Source of the DNA: Schizochytrium sp. TIO01
Taxonomy: Eukaryota > Protista > Bigyra: Labyrinthulomycetes
Reading direction: 5' to 3'
Assembly (NCBI GenBank): GCA_004764695.1
Contig: SMSO01000032.1
Span: forward strand, 7,596,483 to 7,660,482
Length of the DNA: 64,000 bases
Shown: positions 1-11,714 of the stretch, one piece after another
How the letters are laid out: each line of letters opens with the position of its first letter
Position numbering within the stretch: position 1 is the first letter of the stretch
Program-made: the position numbers and the translations under genes
Notes under the pieces: model-generated
Seen by the model: only the letters and a program-made list of their open reading frames with translations
What the model was told of the DNA's origin: nothing
The model's database searches: none

Positions 1-1629
1 GCGCTCGAAATAATTTGACAATGAGAGTATAACCAACATGTACAGATTTGCTAGGGATATTTTACCCATTATATCCACCCATGCGTAGATGCGCCCTCGA
101 AAAGTCTCATCAGCAGGGGCATACCAAAACATTGCCCAAATAAGTACTTTTAAGATCGGCCAGAGAAAGACTGACACAAGCTGAGCAATGCCGAGGCCAA
201 ATGCTTTTGCGCCAAAGAAAACGTGGAGTGTCGTGATTGGACTAAACTCAATAATGTGTTGCTTGACTGTAACATTGTCAAGCCAAAGATGACCCTCGAT
301 CGGAAACAATAAGTCCTCCACCATGGAAATGTACAAATCCTCAAAGGCATCAGTTAAATTTTGATATTCCATTGAGGTTGTAATATTGGTTGAGGGCTGG
401 AGGCCATAAGAGAGGTCAATAATATCATTCGCAAATCCATGGTGGGGGGCTCCACCCTTCAGCTGGTCAAAATGTGCAATGGTTGCAAATGCCGTACCTT
501 TCATAACCCAGAACCCAAGGATACACGCATGGGCTATATTCATTAAAGGGGGGATAGCGTTGATCAAATGGCGCACCCATACTCCATGGCGGCTTGTCCG
601 TCGCATGAATGCTCCGTAGAGAGAGTAGTGTCGTCCAAATCGAAAACGAGATGGTAGAGCAATTCCAGGTGAGCCGGGCGTATTTTGGTTGCCTTCATAA
701 GTAGATGGGTCCAGCAATGCAGTACGAAGAGTGTCTGCCTCGCTATCACCGTCTTCATCAACTGCAACTGCGGCCTCGTCATTTGATGAAGATACTTCAA
801 CAACGTTGCTTGCAAAGAGCGGGGACTGCATTTCATTTGACCACTCTAGTTGATCTGGGTTATGATGTTTGATCGCGAGGCGACGAACTAGATTAGCCTC
901 GTGCAACTTCATACCGAAGAGAAGTCCGGCGAAGAGAAATCCCACCATAGCGCTCATTGAAAAGGCAAAACTTGGTCCAGGGAATAGACACTGCATTCGG
1001 CCGTCATAATTTCGCTGATGTAATATACTTGCTAGAGTAGGCATTTGGTACAAGCAGCTGGTTCCTTGATATGGTTTGCGGAAACCCCTAGATAAAGCTG
1101 CAATATGTTCGTCTCCAAACAATGGAGATGTTTGCATGAGAAATAGAGTCGTCGCTTGTAGGATGAAAGCTATTGTACAGCACGACGTAGCTCCTACGCT
1201 GCAATACAGCTGGAAATAAAACTTGCGGGTAATATGTGTAAGAAATCCGCACACCATGCCCATGCATGCAAGGAAAATAGCACAAATGAGCAAGGCTTGC
1301 GAAGCTGTAGTTCGTGAGCACATTTCCCTTCGAAACTCTGCTGTCATTGGCACCCGGCCATTGTCTAAGGTTGGATTCATCATAGGTTGACAGTATGCTT
1401 CATAAGACGATCGGGCTAAGCCCGCTTCTGCTGTGCAGGTGATACCAAGCGTCGGCAGATCGTCGCCCCAACGATAACTCGTTGAAAATATTCCTTCGCC
1501 AAACCAGCAGAATCTATCTACGAGCTCAGCGCGGCTAACAAGCCACATTGGAACATAACCGGTTAACACTGTGCAAACAAGCGCAAAGCCTGTGAAAGCA
1601 AGACCTCCAGCCACAAACCCGCGTGCCAT
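1..1629 (-). CDS. Multi-pass membrane protein: N-terminal claudin-like 4-TM region plus C-terminal PqiA-like domain; 3'-truncated at the window edge
   Basis: Absent from the ORF track because it has no stop in the window. Manual translation from ATG 1629 is open for 543 codons to base 1 (MARGFVAGGLAFTGFALVCTVLTG...LVSVFLWPILKVLIWAMFWYAPADETFRGRIYAWVDIMGKISLANLYMLVILSLS). The end resembles the PqiA motif P-x-x-K...W...R...GKWS-x-x-D. Confidence 0.75.
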   Translation of the reverse strand, partial: MARGFVAGGLAFTGFALVCTVLTGYVPMWLVSRAELVDRFCWFGEGIFSTSYRWGDDLPTLGITCTAEAGLARSSYEAYCQPMMNPTLDNGRVPMTAEFRREMCSRTTASQALLICAIFLACMGMVCGFLTHITRKFYFQLYCSVGATSCCTIAFILQATTLFLMQTSPLFGDEHIAALSRGFRKPYQGTSCLYQMPTLASILHQRNYDGRMQCLFPGPSFAFSMSAMVGFLFAGLLFGMKLHEANLVRRLAIKHHNPDQLEWSNEMQSPLFASNVVEVSSSNDEAAVAVDEDGDSEADTLRTALLDPSTYEGNQNTPGSPGIALPSRFRFGRHYSLYGAFMRRTSRHGVWVRHLINAIPPLMNIAHACILGFWVMKGTAFATIAHFDQLKGGAPHHGFANDIIDLSYGLQPSTNITTSMEYQNLTDAFEDLYISMVEDLLFPIEGHLWLDNVTVKQHIIEFSPITTLHVFFGAKAFGLGIAQLVSVFLWPILKVLIWAMFWYAPADETFRGRIYAWVDIMGKISLANLYMLVILSLSNYFER

Positions 1630-2699
1630 ATTTGCTAAGACAGCTCTAAAACAATGGCGGTAGGGTTTAATCCTGGCAAACACCCAAAGCTTGCAAGTTT
1701 CCCTGTCCCTGCTGAAGCTTTCTCCGCCACCCACCAAGTTGAAGGCGTCGTCGAGTTGGGGTGCGTAGTTCTTCTCACTTCAGCTCCAACAGAAAGCTCA
1801 GCTCCTTAAGTAGTCTGCTAATCGCGTCACTCCGTTTCTTTCGTTCAAGACAGGCCTTGGGCCCGTCGCCATGTGGACATGCTCAGACGTTCTGGATCTA
1901 CTGTCCCGAAATTCCCAACTATGATCCCGAGGCCTTGTATTCAAGACACAAGAACAACAACAAGCAAGCGAAGCGCAGGCACCTAAGATGAATACATAGG
2001 GAAAATAAGATTCAATCAATTGAGTGTGTAAGACACAGGCGCGGCTACCAAAACAACGAGAGCCTTGGCTCGTGCGAAATAAAGCTGGTATAAGAGTTGC
2101 CAGAGTAACGAGCGCAATCGTGAGAAGTTGTTCAAGAACTTGAAGATCTCGAAGGCAAGGGTAGTAGCAAAGACGATGCGCAAAAGTAAGCAAAAGTAAG
2201 CAAATTGGTGGATGTTGAAGGTTGAAAAAAGCTTCACTCGCTCGAAATTGGCGAAACAGACCCCAAAATGCGCTCTTATAGCAAGTATCCTTCGTGCGTG
2301 AACTAAGGCCCATTGGCGTTCAGTCTGATGTACAAGTAGTACTTGGTGCAGGAAACTTTTAGTCTCGGCTATGTTGGGCAAAATCTTAGGATGCTTCAAC
2401 ATGCAACAATAATGAAGATGTAATAACACTGAAGCAAAAGCTAGAGACCGTTAGAAACTACTGGAGCTGACGTCTTCGCGTACTGAATTTGTATGTATAA
2501 CTTAAGGGTGTCTGCTACGACATTGGTTCTGCGGAGTTTATGTCCTCCACAACCTCTCCAAGCTCCACTTATAGAACTCACACGGCAATTTCTTCTCCAA
2601 AGTATGGGTATTTAGTTTTTGAGACATCAATGCTTTCACAAACACAGACTCCCAATCACCGGGAGAGGTGCCGATGCCCCCCGCAGACTATTGCAACAT

Positions 2700-2738
2700 C
2701 TTGAACAGCGGACATTACCTTGAACAGCGGACATTACC
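2700..2738. repeat. Perfect 19-bp tandem duplication (TTGAACAGCGGACATTACC x2)
   Basis: Read directly: units at 2701-2719 and 2720-2738. Confidence 0.9.
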
Positions 2739-4656
2739 ATAGCTCTCAATAGAATCGTGTACCAATCTTAAGCTGGATCAGTGGAAAGTTTGATGCTTCA
2801 CAGCAGAGCAAGAAATCACCCTTTGCTTGGTCTCAGAGCACATAATCTGTGCTTTGCGATCGCAGCGTCAAATGTCGCGGTCCTGCCTCATCGAGTAGCG
2901 CCAGAGCAGCAAGGAGTGCCAGGAGGTCTCGCAAAACGCAGCGATTTTAATCTTGTACTGTGAATTCGTAACTCTCATGGTCTCAACATAGAGTTCCCAT
3001 GAGAATAAGTTCCAAAGCGATGTTAGAGGTCAGAAAGCCTTTGATTCATATAAGTTTTTTCGACTTCTCTCGTTTCGTATTTTGTATCTATATCTTGTAC
3101 TACATAGGTAACTCAAAGTTCATCGTAAGAAGTCATAGTTGGCCAAGAAACTAACTGACAACTTGAGCTCGGACGCTCACTGCTTCGAATGCAGAGCCTC
3201 TTGGCGCTTGAAATAAAATAAATAACGTATGGGCTGCCAGAGGCCGGGCGCTACCACGTCCAACATGGTTTCCGAATGACCCTGTCAGCTGTAAATGCGC
3301 TTTTGAGAGCTATGAATTCGAGCTCATTCTCGGACGGAGATGATAAAAACTGACACAGGACTGATTTTATATAGGCCTACTACGTGACCTATTTACTTGT
3401 TTCTTAAAAATTAAAAAGTAAATATTTATTTAATTTATAAAAATTAAAAATAAATAATAAATAATAAATAATGTTTAATCGAAAAAAAAATGAAAAAATA
3501 TATAGGTAAGAAAAGAATTTGGCCAACAAGAAACACATGTGGTGGCAGACTCCACTCGCCTTCGACAACTGTAGCTTCGCAGGTGCTTGCTTTGGGAGAA
3601 CCAATGTGGCAGCCGAGACGACTCTTTCTTATCCAAGCTATATAAGCAAAGGTCGCAAAGCATGTGCAGTATGTTGCTCTGAAGGCGAAATGAACGAACA
3701 CCTACGCGGTCACACCAAGTCTTGTGCGCGGCAGACTGCCCCCTCTGTTAGGGGTGTCCTATGCGCACATAGCGGAAACCCGCGGAGTCCTCGAAGCCGT
3801 GCCTCAGAACTGATGTTGGTTGCGTTGGTCTCCAGAGCCTACTCCGACGGTGGCAGTGTTGCCAAAGCAAGCTCAGGGTCCTTTGTGTAGGATGCGAACG
3901 ATGATTGCCGAAGAACGTGCCTTTGGCTGTCGTGATCGCAGGGCGACTGCAGCGGTGTTCCACTTGGTATTGCATGGAGGGAAGAACAGGCTAGTTAAAA
4001 GGCAAGTGCTACCGTATTCGTTAGGGAACTGCTAGTTTGCACAGCTGATAGCTGTTCTCTCAATGCCTTCATTCATTCACTCATCCATTCCTCGGAGACA
4101 CCACTGCAAATGCACTGTAGATTGCCGAGGGAGGGACGCAGAGCATTGCATCGCACTCGTCCAAGTCCTCGACGTAACGCACGATGGAGATAGGTGCCTA
4201 GCTAGGAAGGCGGTGGTGTATTTTAGCGGCAGTCTTTGGCTTGGCATCATCGCATCGTCAGTCAGTTTGCATTACATTTGTTACTTATGGCTGCCATGTA
4301 AGAATGAATATACGTTTTGATGGTATCGCTCACTCACTCACTCACTGACGGCCTAAGACCTTAATATGATGTCTTATTCCATTTTTTCAATCGAAGAGAA
4401 AAAGAAAAAGAGAAAATAAATAAATGAATAAATAAATGAGTTTGTTGATAATGCCTAAACTAAAGAAACAAAACTAAAGAAACAAAAATATAAAATAAAA
4501 CTCGGTGAAAAAAATCTGCATTACATTTGCAGTGCATTGGTTGGTGGCGAGTGGTTGAATGAGAGGAAAAGAAATGCAAGAGGTACTTCGGTCACTCGCC
4601 CATTCTCCTTTCTTCGAGGCGGCGAGCGAAGGTTGATTCGATCGCGTGCAAGCAAA

Positions 4657-6933
4657 ATGTCCGGAGTGCAGGCCTTTGCAGGCCGCGTCCGCGCCGCGTC
4701 TCGCTGGCTGGGATCCTCTCGTTCCCCTCTGCAGACTCCTTTTGAGCAGCATGCGAAGATTGCTTTGGCATGCGGAGGCCTTCAGTCTCGGGGCTTTGCC
4801 AGTGCCAGCTCCGACATCACTGCCCCTGAGAACTTGCGCAACATTGGTATCTCTGCTCACATTGACAGTGGCAAGACCACACTGACTGAGCGTATTCTCT
4901 TCTACACTGGCCGTATTGGTGCCATCAATGAGGTCAAGGGCAAGGACCCTAGCAAGGGTGCCAAGATGGACAGCATGGAGTTGGAGCGTGAAAAAGGTAT
5001 CACAATTCAATCCGCTGCTACATACACCAAGTGGAAAGACACCAACATTAACATTATTGATACTCCTGGCCACGTTGATTTCACCGTCGAAGTAGAGCGA
5101 GCTCTTCGCGTGCTCGATGGTGCCATCATGGTCCTCTGCAGTGTCGGTGGTGTGCAATCGCAAAGTATCACTGTGGATCGTCAAATGAAACGTTACGGAG
5201 TTCCCCGTGTTGCGTTCATCAACAAGCTTGATCGCATGGGTGCAAACCCTGATCGCGTTTTGGGTGCAATTCGCGAGAAGCTTCGTCTCAACGCGGCAGC
5301 AGTCCAGGTGCCTATTGGTCTTGAGGAGAAGCACGATGGTGTCGTAGACATCATTGATGAGGTCGCCATCACATTCCACGGAGAAAACGGAGAAATTATC
5401 AAGACTGGCCCTGTGCCTGAGAACCTCAAGGAGAGGGTCGCCGCTAGACGCATGGACCTTCTTGAGAGACTCGGAGAGGTTGACGAGGAGATGGAGGAGT
5501 TCTTCCTTATGGAGGAGATGCCCGAGCCTGAGGCTATCAAGGCCGCCATCAGACGTGCGACCATTGCCAACAAGTTTGTGCCGGTCTTTATGGGCAGTGC
5601 TTTCAAGAACAGGGGTGTGCAGCCGCTCCTTGATGGAGTTAACGCATACCTGCCTGGACCCCATGAGATGGACTACAGCTACCTTGATCTTGATGCAGAG
5701 GAGCAGTCAAAGCCTCTTAAGTGCGCTGAGAAGGACCCCCTCGTTGCGCTCGCCTTCAAGCTTGAAGAGTCCCGTTTCGGTCAGCTTACCTATGTTCGTG
5801 TGTACCAAGGTACGCTTAAGCGCGGAATGTTCATTCGCAACTCTACCACCGGAAAGAAGGTCAAGCTCCCGAGAGTCGTTCGCATGCACTCCGAGGAGAT
5901 GGAGGACGTCGAGGCAGTTGGACCTGGTGAGATTGCAGCCCTTTTCGGAGTTGAGTGCAGCTCAGGAGATACTTTCTGCGATGCTGACATCAAGGACTTT
6001 AACCCCTCCATGATGACCATGTATGTCCCTGAACCCGTTGTGAGCCTTGCCATCAAGCCCAAGAACATGGCTGATGCAACTGGTAACTTCGGAAAGGCCC
6101 TTAACAGATTTATGCGTGAGGACCCTACCTTCCGTGTCAAGGTTGACGAGGAGAGCAAGGAGACCATCATCTCTGGTATGGGAGAACTCCACCTCGAGGT
6201 GTACTTGGAGCGCATGCGCCGCGAGTACAAGGTAGATACTATTGCTGGCATGCCGCAGGTGAACTACCGTGAGACTATTGCGCATCGCGCTGACTTCAAC
6301 TACCTCCACAAGAAGCAGTCTGGTGGATCTGGACAGTTTGGTCGTGTCGAGGGTTACATTGAGCCTCTCTCCGAGGAGGAGCGCAAGGATGGTGTTGAGT
6401 TCAAGTTTGTAAACCAAATGATCGGAAACTCTATTCCGCCCGAGTACATCTCTGCTGTTGAGAAGGGTTTCCAGGAGTCCATGCAGAAGGGACCTCTTGT
6501 TGGACACCCTCTCGTGGGCATCAAGGTCGTTCTTTTGGATGGTTCTGCTCACTCCGTCGATTCCAACGAGTTGGCTTTCAAGCTTGCTGCCCGTGGCGCT
6601 TTCCGCCAGGCCATGCCCGAGGCAAACCCGGTGGTTCTCGAGCCCATCATGAACGTCGAGATCCAGGTCCCCGAAGAGTACCAGGGTGCCATCGTTGGTG
6701 GAATCAACCGTCGCCGTGGTACGATTCTCGACTCCGACATGGAGGACGATACTGCCACCATCCACTGCGAGGTTCCGCTCAAGGAGATGTTTGGCTACTC
6801 CACCGAGATCCGCTCCTCCACCCAGGCCAAGGGCGAGTTCTCCATGGAGTTCAAGGCTCACCAGCCCATGCCTGCGTACGAAGCCGAGGAGCTCATGCGC
6901 AAGTTCAAGGAGTCTGAGTCCGAGAACAACTAA
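4657..6933 (+). CDS. GFM1: Mitochondrial translation elongation factor G1
   Basis: G-domain motifs [28 protein letters not shown] and NKLD, plus domain [14 protein letters not shown] and GMGELHLE. An Arg/Ser/Ala-rich presequence follows the first ATG (4657, context AAAATG). Codon bias is strong. Confidence 0.96.
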   Translation: MSGVQAFAGRVRAASRWLGSSRSPLQTPFEQHAKIALACGGLQSRGFASASSDITAPENLRNIGISAHIDSGKTTLTERILFYTGRIGAINEVKGKDPSKGAKMDSMELEREKGITIQSAATYTKWKDTNINIIDTPGHVDFTVEVERALRVLDGAIMVLCSVGGVQSQSITVDRQMKRYGVPRVAFINKLDRMGANPDRVLGAIREKLRLNAAAVQVPIGLEEKHDGVVDIIDEVAITFHGENGEIIKTGPVPENLKERVAARRMDLLERLGEVDEEMEEFFLMEEMPEPEAIKAAIRRATIANKFVPVFMGSAFKNRGVQPLLDGVNAYLPGPHEMDYSYLDLDAEEQSKPLKCAEKDPLVALAFKLEESRFGQLTYVRVYQGTLKRGMFIRNSTTGKKVKLPRVVRMHSEEMEDVEAVGPGEIAALFGVECSSGDTFCDADIKDFNPSMMTMYVPEPVVSLAIKPKNMADATGNFGKALNRFMREDPTFRVKVDEESKETIISGMGELHLEVYLERMRREYKVDTIAGMPQVNYRETIAHRADFNYLHKKQSGGSGQFGRVEGYIEPLSEEERKDGVEFKFVNQMIGNSIPPEYISAVEKGFQESMQKGPLVGHPLVGIKVVLLDGSAHSVDSNELAFKLAARGAFRQAMPEANPVVLEPIMNVEIQVPEEYQGAIVGGINRRRGTILDSDMEDDTATIHCEVPLKEMFGYSTEIRSSTQAKGEFSMEFKAHQPMPAYEAEELMRKFKESESENN

Positions 6934-8489
6934 ATACCAACCCGCCAACAACATATGTAGTAGTCATTGAACTTTCTCTCTCATTGATTTGTTTGTCAAC
7001 AGATAATTTCCATTCTTCATGTCACCCTGTTTGATGTTTGTCTTGAATTCTATATGGTTATTGATGGTGTATTTTCCCCCGGTTTCGGATGCAGTTCTAG
7101 TAGAAGTCATTCGATTTTTATCTTGTATTCCTTAGAGCTTTAATTTTCAGCAAATATTGTCTTTATAATCGCAATTATCTGGATTGAGTTTCTTTTTCTT
7201 CACCTTTCATGTACCTTGCCAAAGTGACGGAGTATCGAGGCTTGTTTTACCAAGAGCAGATACATACTATCCTTGCTCTTTTAGCCAATTACAGAAAGGG
7301 GGACTTATTTCTTGCCATCTTGAATTCTAAATACAACCAGCAATCGGAGAGACAGGTGTAGCAATACTACAACTGAATGGAGACACTTGCAAGGAACATA
7401 TCAGCTGCATGATGCTTGAAAGATGTGACTGGCAATGCTCGATTGTGAAGGCTTCAAGCAATATGAAAAATCAAATTACATAAATGCCTGCCTCCCTCTC
7501 TCCAATTTTAAGTAGCAAAATCTTACAAATATTATCCTGTAGAATTAAGCCTGGGCAATCAGAAATTTATGCATTTCAATTTCACTTAGCCTATAGTCTA
7601 TCCCTCGTAAACAAATGTATAAAGTTACAAACATCCAAATGGTGTCGGTAGTTTTCTAAGTCTTGACGCCGCTCATTTTCAACCCTAGGAGCGAATATAT
7701 TTAAACAACAGCATAAACGAATACAATCATCCAGGTATCTCGACTTCTCCACCTATGGGAAGCAGGACGGACCCTTTGGGGTGAACGCTCGCAAATTGCA
7801 CCCTTATCTTCCTGAGACCGTGACTTCCGTAAGCCTTCCCATTCTACACACTTGAAGCAAAAGTTTGCTTCTACTGCACTGCTTTACCTTATATCCATCT
7901 CCATCAAGTCGTATGTTACGACACCATCATAGCACAATAGTACTAGATGCTTAAGAAAACATGTATGAGATCTTCTTTTCTTTTCTTTTCTTTCTCCCTA
8001 AAGTACTAAATTAAACAACTTTCTCTAATCTACTAAGGGTTCATATAAGTTTCATTAGGGGTTCCGAAGGGAAAAAACTCTCCTGGGTTTTTAACTTTAA
8101 AAAAGAAACTGTATATTTTCTTTTAAAGGTCTATATAGAGAGGTACTTACTTATATGGCCATTCTATGCATCTCTGCCTATAATAAGAAGTATGAGCACC
8201 TGCTTGAATAAAACAGGATTGAAAGAAGAGGACAAAGGAAGGAAGATAAATGAAGAAGGCTTCATTCTCTCAGGCTCGAGATCAAAACTCCAAACTCGGA
8301 TAGGACGAGCTCCGATTGGCTGCTTGCAAGCTCTGGGAACAAGGTGGTTCCACCACGGGAAAACCTCACTCTACGTGGACGCCTCTTGGGAAGCGTCGGG
8401 AAAGCGGTGGGGGACGCTCAACGAGCGATATACCCTTCCTTCGTCTAGAACGACCTTGAGGTCTTTGTTTCGTTGCATGATAGACGAAG

Positions 8490-11444
8490 ATGCCAACTCC
8501 GGTTAAGTTTGGCGTTGGAAGCGAGGTGAAGGCAAGCCTTTCAAGGGTTCTAGTGCCAGAAAAGGCAAAAGATCTGTATGGAGACGGTTGGCTGGACGTC
8601 TTAGTGCCTGGTGTAGTGACGAGGATTGTACAGAGGTCGAGGGAAGTGCAATTTTCGCTCAAGGATGGCTCTACAGCGCTAACCCAGCTGAGTGTGAAAT
8701 GCCTTGCTGACAAGGACTCGACAACACCCGGCATCCCCAACAGGCTGAGAAGAAGATCCAAAGATGTTGACAATGAAGTCAATTCTGATGATTCTGACGA
8801 CTCCAAGGACTCCGAGGATGATGGGGACACCAAGAAGAACACAGACAAAAAGAAAGCGCCGAAATCCAAAGCAGCTCCAAAGAAGAAGGCTGCTGCTGCT
8901 ACTACAAGTGCCTCTAGTGACGCCAAGAGCAAAAAGACCACTAAAAAATCTCCTGGTAAAGACTCCAACAACACTAAGGACAATGACAAGGACGAAGCAA
9001 CTCCCAGCAAAGCGGTAACAAGAAATGCTTCTGGGGCCTCGAAGAAGCCTGCTACGAGGAACAAAGAAAAAGTTGTAACCACGACGTCCAACAAGAAGAC
9101 TACGCCAGCTGCAGCAAAAAAGGCCACTACTACAGCTAGCAAGACTGCAACCGCCAGCAAGAAGGCTGAGGCAGCTAAGAAGGCCGCAACGACAGGCGCA
9201 AAGAAGGCACCAGCAAAGAAAGGGCGCACGGCATTGGTCAAGGATAAAAAGAATCCCGAGCTCGAAGATAGTGTGTCTGAGGCGGAAACCTACGATGGGA
9301 TGGATAGCAGTGTCGGTAGCAGCAGTAGTGATGAAGAAGATACGAAGAAGATAGTGGGAGCTAACAAAGATCAACGCTCAAATGCAAAAGTTTCTAAAAA
9401 GTCTACCCCCAAGTCTCCTGCAAAGTCTCCTTCTAAGGGTAGTAAAACAACGTCTGGAGCTCGAACTCCAACGAAGCGTCGTAAGCTTGTAGAGAGTAGT
9501 GGTGACGAAAAAGATACGTCTGACGATGAGGAGCGACCAACTCCAATTAAGAAATTGAGGCAGAAGGCTGACAATGAGTCCGACTCACATAATGAATCTG
9601 ACACTACAGTGGATCAGGACAATAAGCGGGCTCTTTCAAAGAAGGCAACCACCAAAAGGTTATCGCATGGGATTGCAAAGGCTCATAGTAAGAAATCTGC
9701 GACCTCATCGACCCCGACAGCAAAGTTCGGAGGAAAATCGGCATCTTCTTCTCGTAAAAAAAACAGGCGTCGACTAAAGCGAGATGAAGTAAGCTCCGAT
9801 GACGAATCAGAAGATAGTGACACAGAAATGAAAGAAAGAGCCCGAGCTAGTAGTTCTGAGGAAGAGAGTAGCTCAGAAGAAAGCAGTTCTGAAGAGGAAA
9901 CTAGCTCTGAGGAAGAGTCTGACGATGATAGGAAAAACAGTGCTGCTGCTAGCATGAACTGGCAGAAGAGGATGAATTCTAGAATCCGATTTAAAGAATC
10001 TCTGCAGTGGAGCTATATTAAAGAGCGCAAAACTGATACGCGTGCAACATCCTCTCTCCAATCTCGTGAGCCACAAATGCGATGGATGGATGATACTGGC
10101 GCAAACTATGACCGACCACCGCTTGCGTACTTTATGGAGTTTTTTATTGGGCCAGAAGGCCTTCAAGAACTCGTGCGCTGCACCAACCAGCGCCTTGCGC
10201 GAAAACGCCACCCAGAGCTCAGTGTACACGAGTTCGAAATCTATGTTGGCCTTATTTTAGCCATGACTCACAGCCCATACGTGCCGCGTAAATTTCTTTG
10301 GAGTGCCAACTCGGGTGATTCGTTTGTCTCTCCAAACTTTTCGCGCTTTATGGCTATTGAGCGCTTCAAACAGATCAGTGCGGCGCTGTGCTTTGTTGAT
10401 GAAAACGCTGTTGCTGCTGCTAACGGTTCCCTTGCATCTGATATGAATGGCAAATCCTCACATCATCATCATGAGCTGTCGTTTGCCGCGTCTGTCGAGC
10501 CTTTGGTGCAGTGGTTTAATTCTCGTCGCGAAGCAACTTTAAACCCCGGTCATGGCATGTGTTGTGATGAAGTTTTGGCTAAGTGGGAGCGTGATGATAG
10601 TCGCTTTGAAGATAGCAAGAAAATTCTTAGAAAAGCAATCGGTGATTTCGAATCTCTTGGCGTGGAGATATTTTCTCTTTCGTGCTGCTCTTCATACGTA
10701 ACGACTCGTATTGAACTTGTAGACACACAAGAAGGTATGCCAATGAAAAAATTTGATGAAGGCCGACAGCCATCTACAGCATTGATGATGCGCCTCGCAG
10801 AGCCTTTAGCTGGTTCAGGACGAACAATCTACGCAACTCCCTTACTAGCTTCTGTAGAAGCTGCAGTTTACCTTCGGAGGAACTTGGGTCTTTTCATGAT
10901 TGGATCAATCAAGGGTAACGATGAACACTACCCTCGTGACTTTTTGAAGGGCTACCGCTATAAGCACCGAGGAGATTCGTGCTTTCTAGAAACCGACATT
11001 GCCAAAGTGCCTATTTTTGCGCATGGGTGGAAGGGAAGCCATGTAGAATGCATTGTGGCCAACTGTGGCACGGCATTGCCAGGCGAAAAGACAAAGAAGA
11101 GAAAGCGTAAGAGCTCTAGCTATATAGATAAATTGGGCAACGAAGATCGCAAGTTGCCAAAAGACATGACTACTGCTGAGTTCTTTTCTCATGCTAGCGT
11201 GGCAGATATACAGTCTTATCATCGTTCTGAAATTCTCAAAATGGAGCAAGTTAATGTCTCAAAGAGATTTGAGACTCGACTATTTACCTCAATCCTTGGC
11301 ATCTGCATCACAGACGCTTACTTTGCTTCAAGCTTTTTCTGTCCCAAACATGGTCAGTACAACGCAAAAAATCTGCATGAGTTCGTTATGGCAGTAAGTG
11401 ATGGCCTTTTATCGAAAGACTCGAGAGGCAAAACTAGTTCATGA
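8490..11444 (+). CDS. piggyBac transposase-derived protein (PGBD, DDE_Tnp_1_7-like) with a long Lys/Ser/acidic low-complexity N-terminus; probably domesticated
   Basis: The C-terminal ~480 aa show piggyBac core features: F-x-x-F...TN...E-F-x-x-Y-x-G-L, W...PNFSRFMAIERFKQI, CCDE, GSGRTIY, FMIGSIK and RLFTSILGICITDAY. Single intact 984-aa ORF; no TTAA-flanked inverted repeats seen. Confidence 0.8.
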   Translation: MPTPVKFGVGSEVKASLSRVLVPEKAKDLYGDGWLDVLVPGVVTRIVQRSREVQFSLKDGSTALTQLSVKCLADKDSTTPGIPNRLRRRSKDVDNEVNSDDSDDSKDSEDDGDTKKNTDKKKAPKSKAAPKKKAAAATTSASSDAKSKKTTKKSPGKDSNNTKDNDKDEATPSKAVTRNASGASKKPATRNKEKVVTTTSNKKTTPAAAKKATTTASKTATASKKAEAAKKAATTGAKKAPAKKGRTALVKDKKNPELEDSVSEAETYDGMDSSVGSSSSDEEDTKKIVGANKDQRSNAKVSKKSTPKSPAKSPSKGSKTTSGARTPTKRRKLVESSGDEKDTSDDEERPTPIKKLRQKADNESDSHNESDTTVDQDNKRALSKKATTKRLSHGIAKAHSKKSATSSTPTAKFGGKSASSSRKKNRRRLKRDEVSSDDESEDSDTEMKERARASSSEEESSSEESSSEEETSSEEESDDDRKNSAAASMNWQKRMNSRIRFKESLQWSYIKERKTDTRATSSLQSREPQMRWMDDTGANYDRPPLAYFMEFFIGPEGLQELVRCTNQRLARKRHPELSVHEFEIYVGLILAMTHSPYVPRKFLWSANSGDSFVSPNFSRFMAIERFKQISAALCFVDENAVAAANGSLASDMNGKSSHHHHELSFAASVEPLVQWFNSRREATLNPGHGMCCDEVLAKWERDDSRFEDSKKILRKAIGDFESLGVEIFSLSCCSSYVTTRIELVDTQEGMPMKKFDEGRQPSTALMMRLAEPLAGSGRTIYATPLLASVEAAVYLRRNLGLFMIGSIKGNDEHYPRDFLKGYRYKHRGDSCFLETDIAKVPIFAHGWKGSHVECIVANCGTALPGEKTKKRKRKSSSYIDKLGNEDRKLPKDMTTAEFFSHASVADIQSYHRSEILKMEQVNVSKRFETRLFTSILGICITDAYFASSFFCPKHGQYNAKNLHEFVMAVSDGLLSKDSRGKTSS

Positions 11445-11714
11445 TTTAAAAAATAAATAAAAAAATCTATATATCTCATATTCATTGTGTTTTATTAACT
11501 TTTTAGAAACCTACAGCATTTAATGAAATAGCATGAACAAGGAGAGGGGGGGCAAACATAGCTCATTTGAAGTTGATAGCAAAAGCTCTGATTTTTGTAG
11601 TGGTCACTTGGAGAAACGAAATCAGAAGTGTCCCGAACAAGATTTTTTTTTTTAGAACATGTAAAATTACGTTAAAGGTTTCCATTCCTCTGCGGGCTAA
11701 AGATGCATGATCCA

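Noticed and set aside
1761-2460. Overlapping ORFs of 76-171 aa and a stop-interrupted + frame (EVVQELEDLEGKG...)
   Set aside because: No recognisable motif; I cannot distinguish a decayed gene from ordinary intergenic sequence.
3519-4320. GC-richer patch with short ORFs upstream of EF-G
   Set aside because: The three minus-strand frames I read by hand and the plus-strand track ORFs gave no recognisable protein.
4474-6954. Long minus-strand ORFs (396 aa and 330 aa) opposite EF-G
   Set aside because: Antisense shadow ORFs produced by the strong codon bias of a conserved gene; no motifs.
8366-9374. Hydrophobic minus-strand ORFs (291 aa and 231 aa) that look like membrane proteins
   Set aside because: Antisense of the Lys/Ala/Thr-rich low-complexity region of the PGBD gene.
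7600-11700. piggyBac terminal inverted repeats or TTAA duplications around the PGBD gene
   Set aside because: No TTAA-CCC...GGG-TTAA pair found by eye, so it was not called an active transposon.
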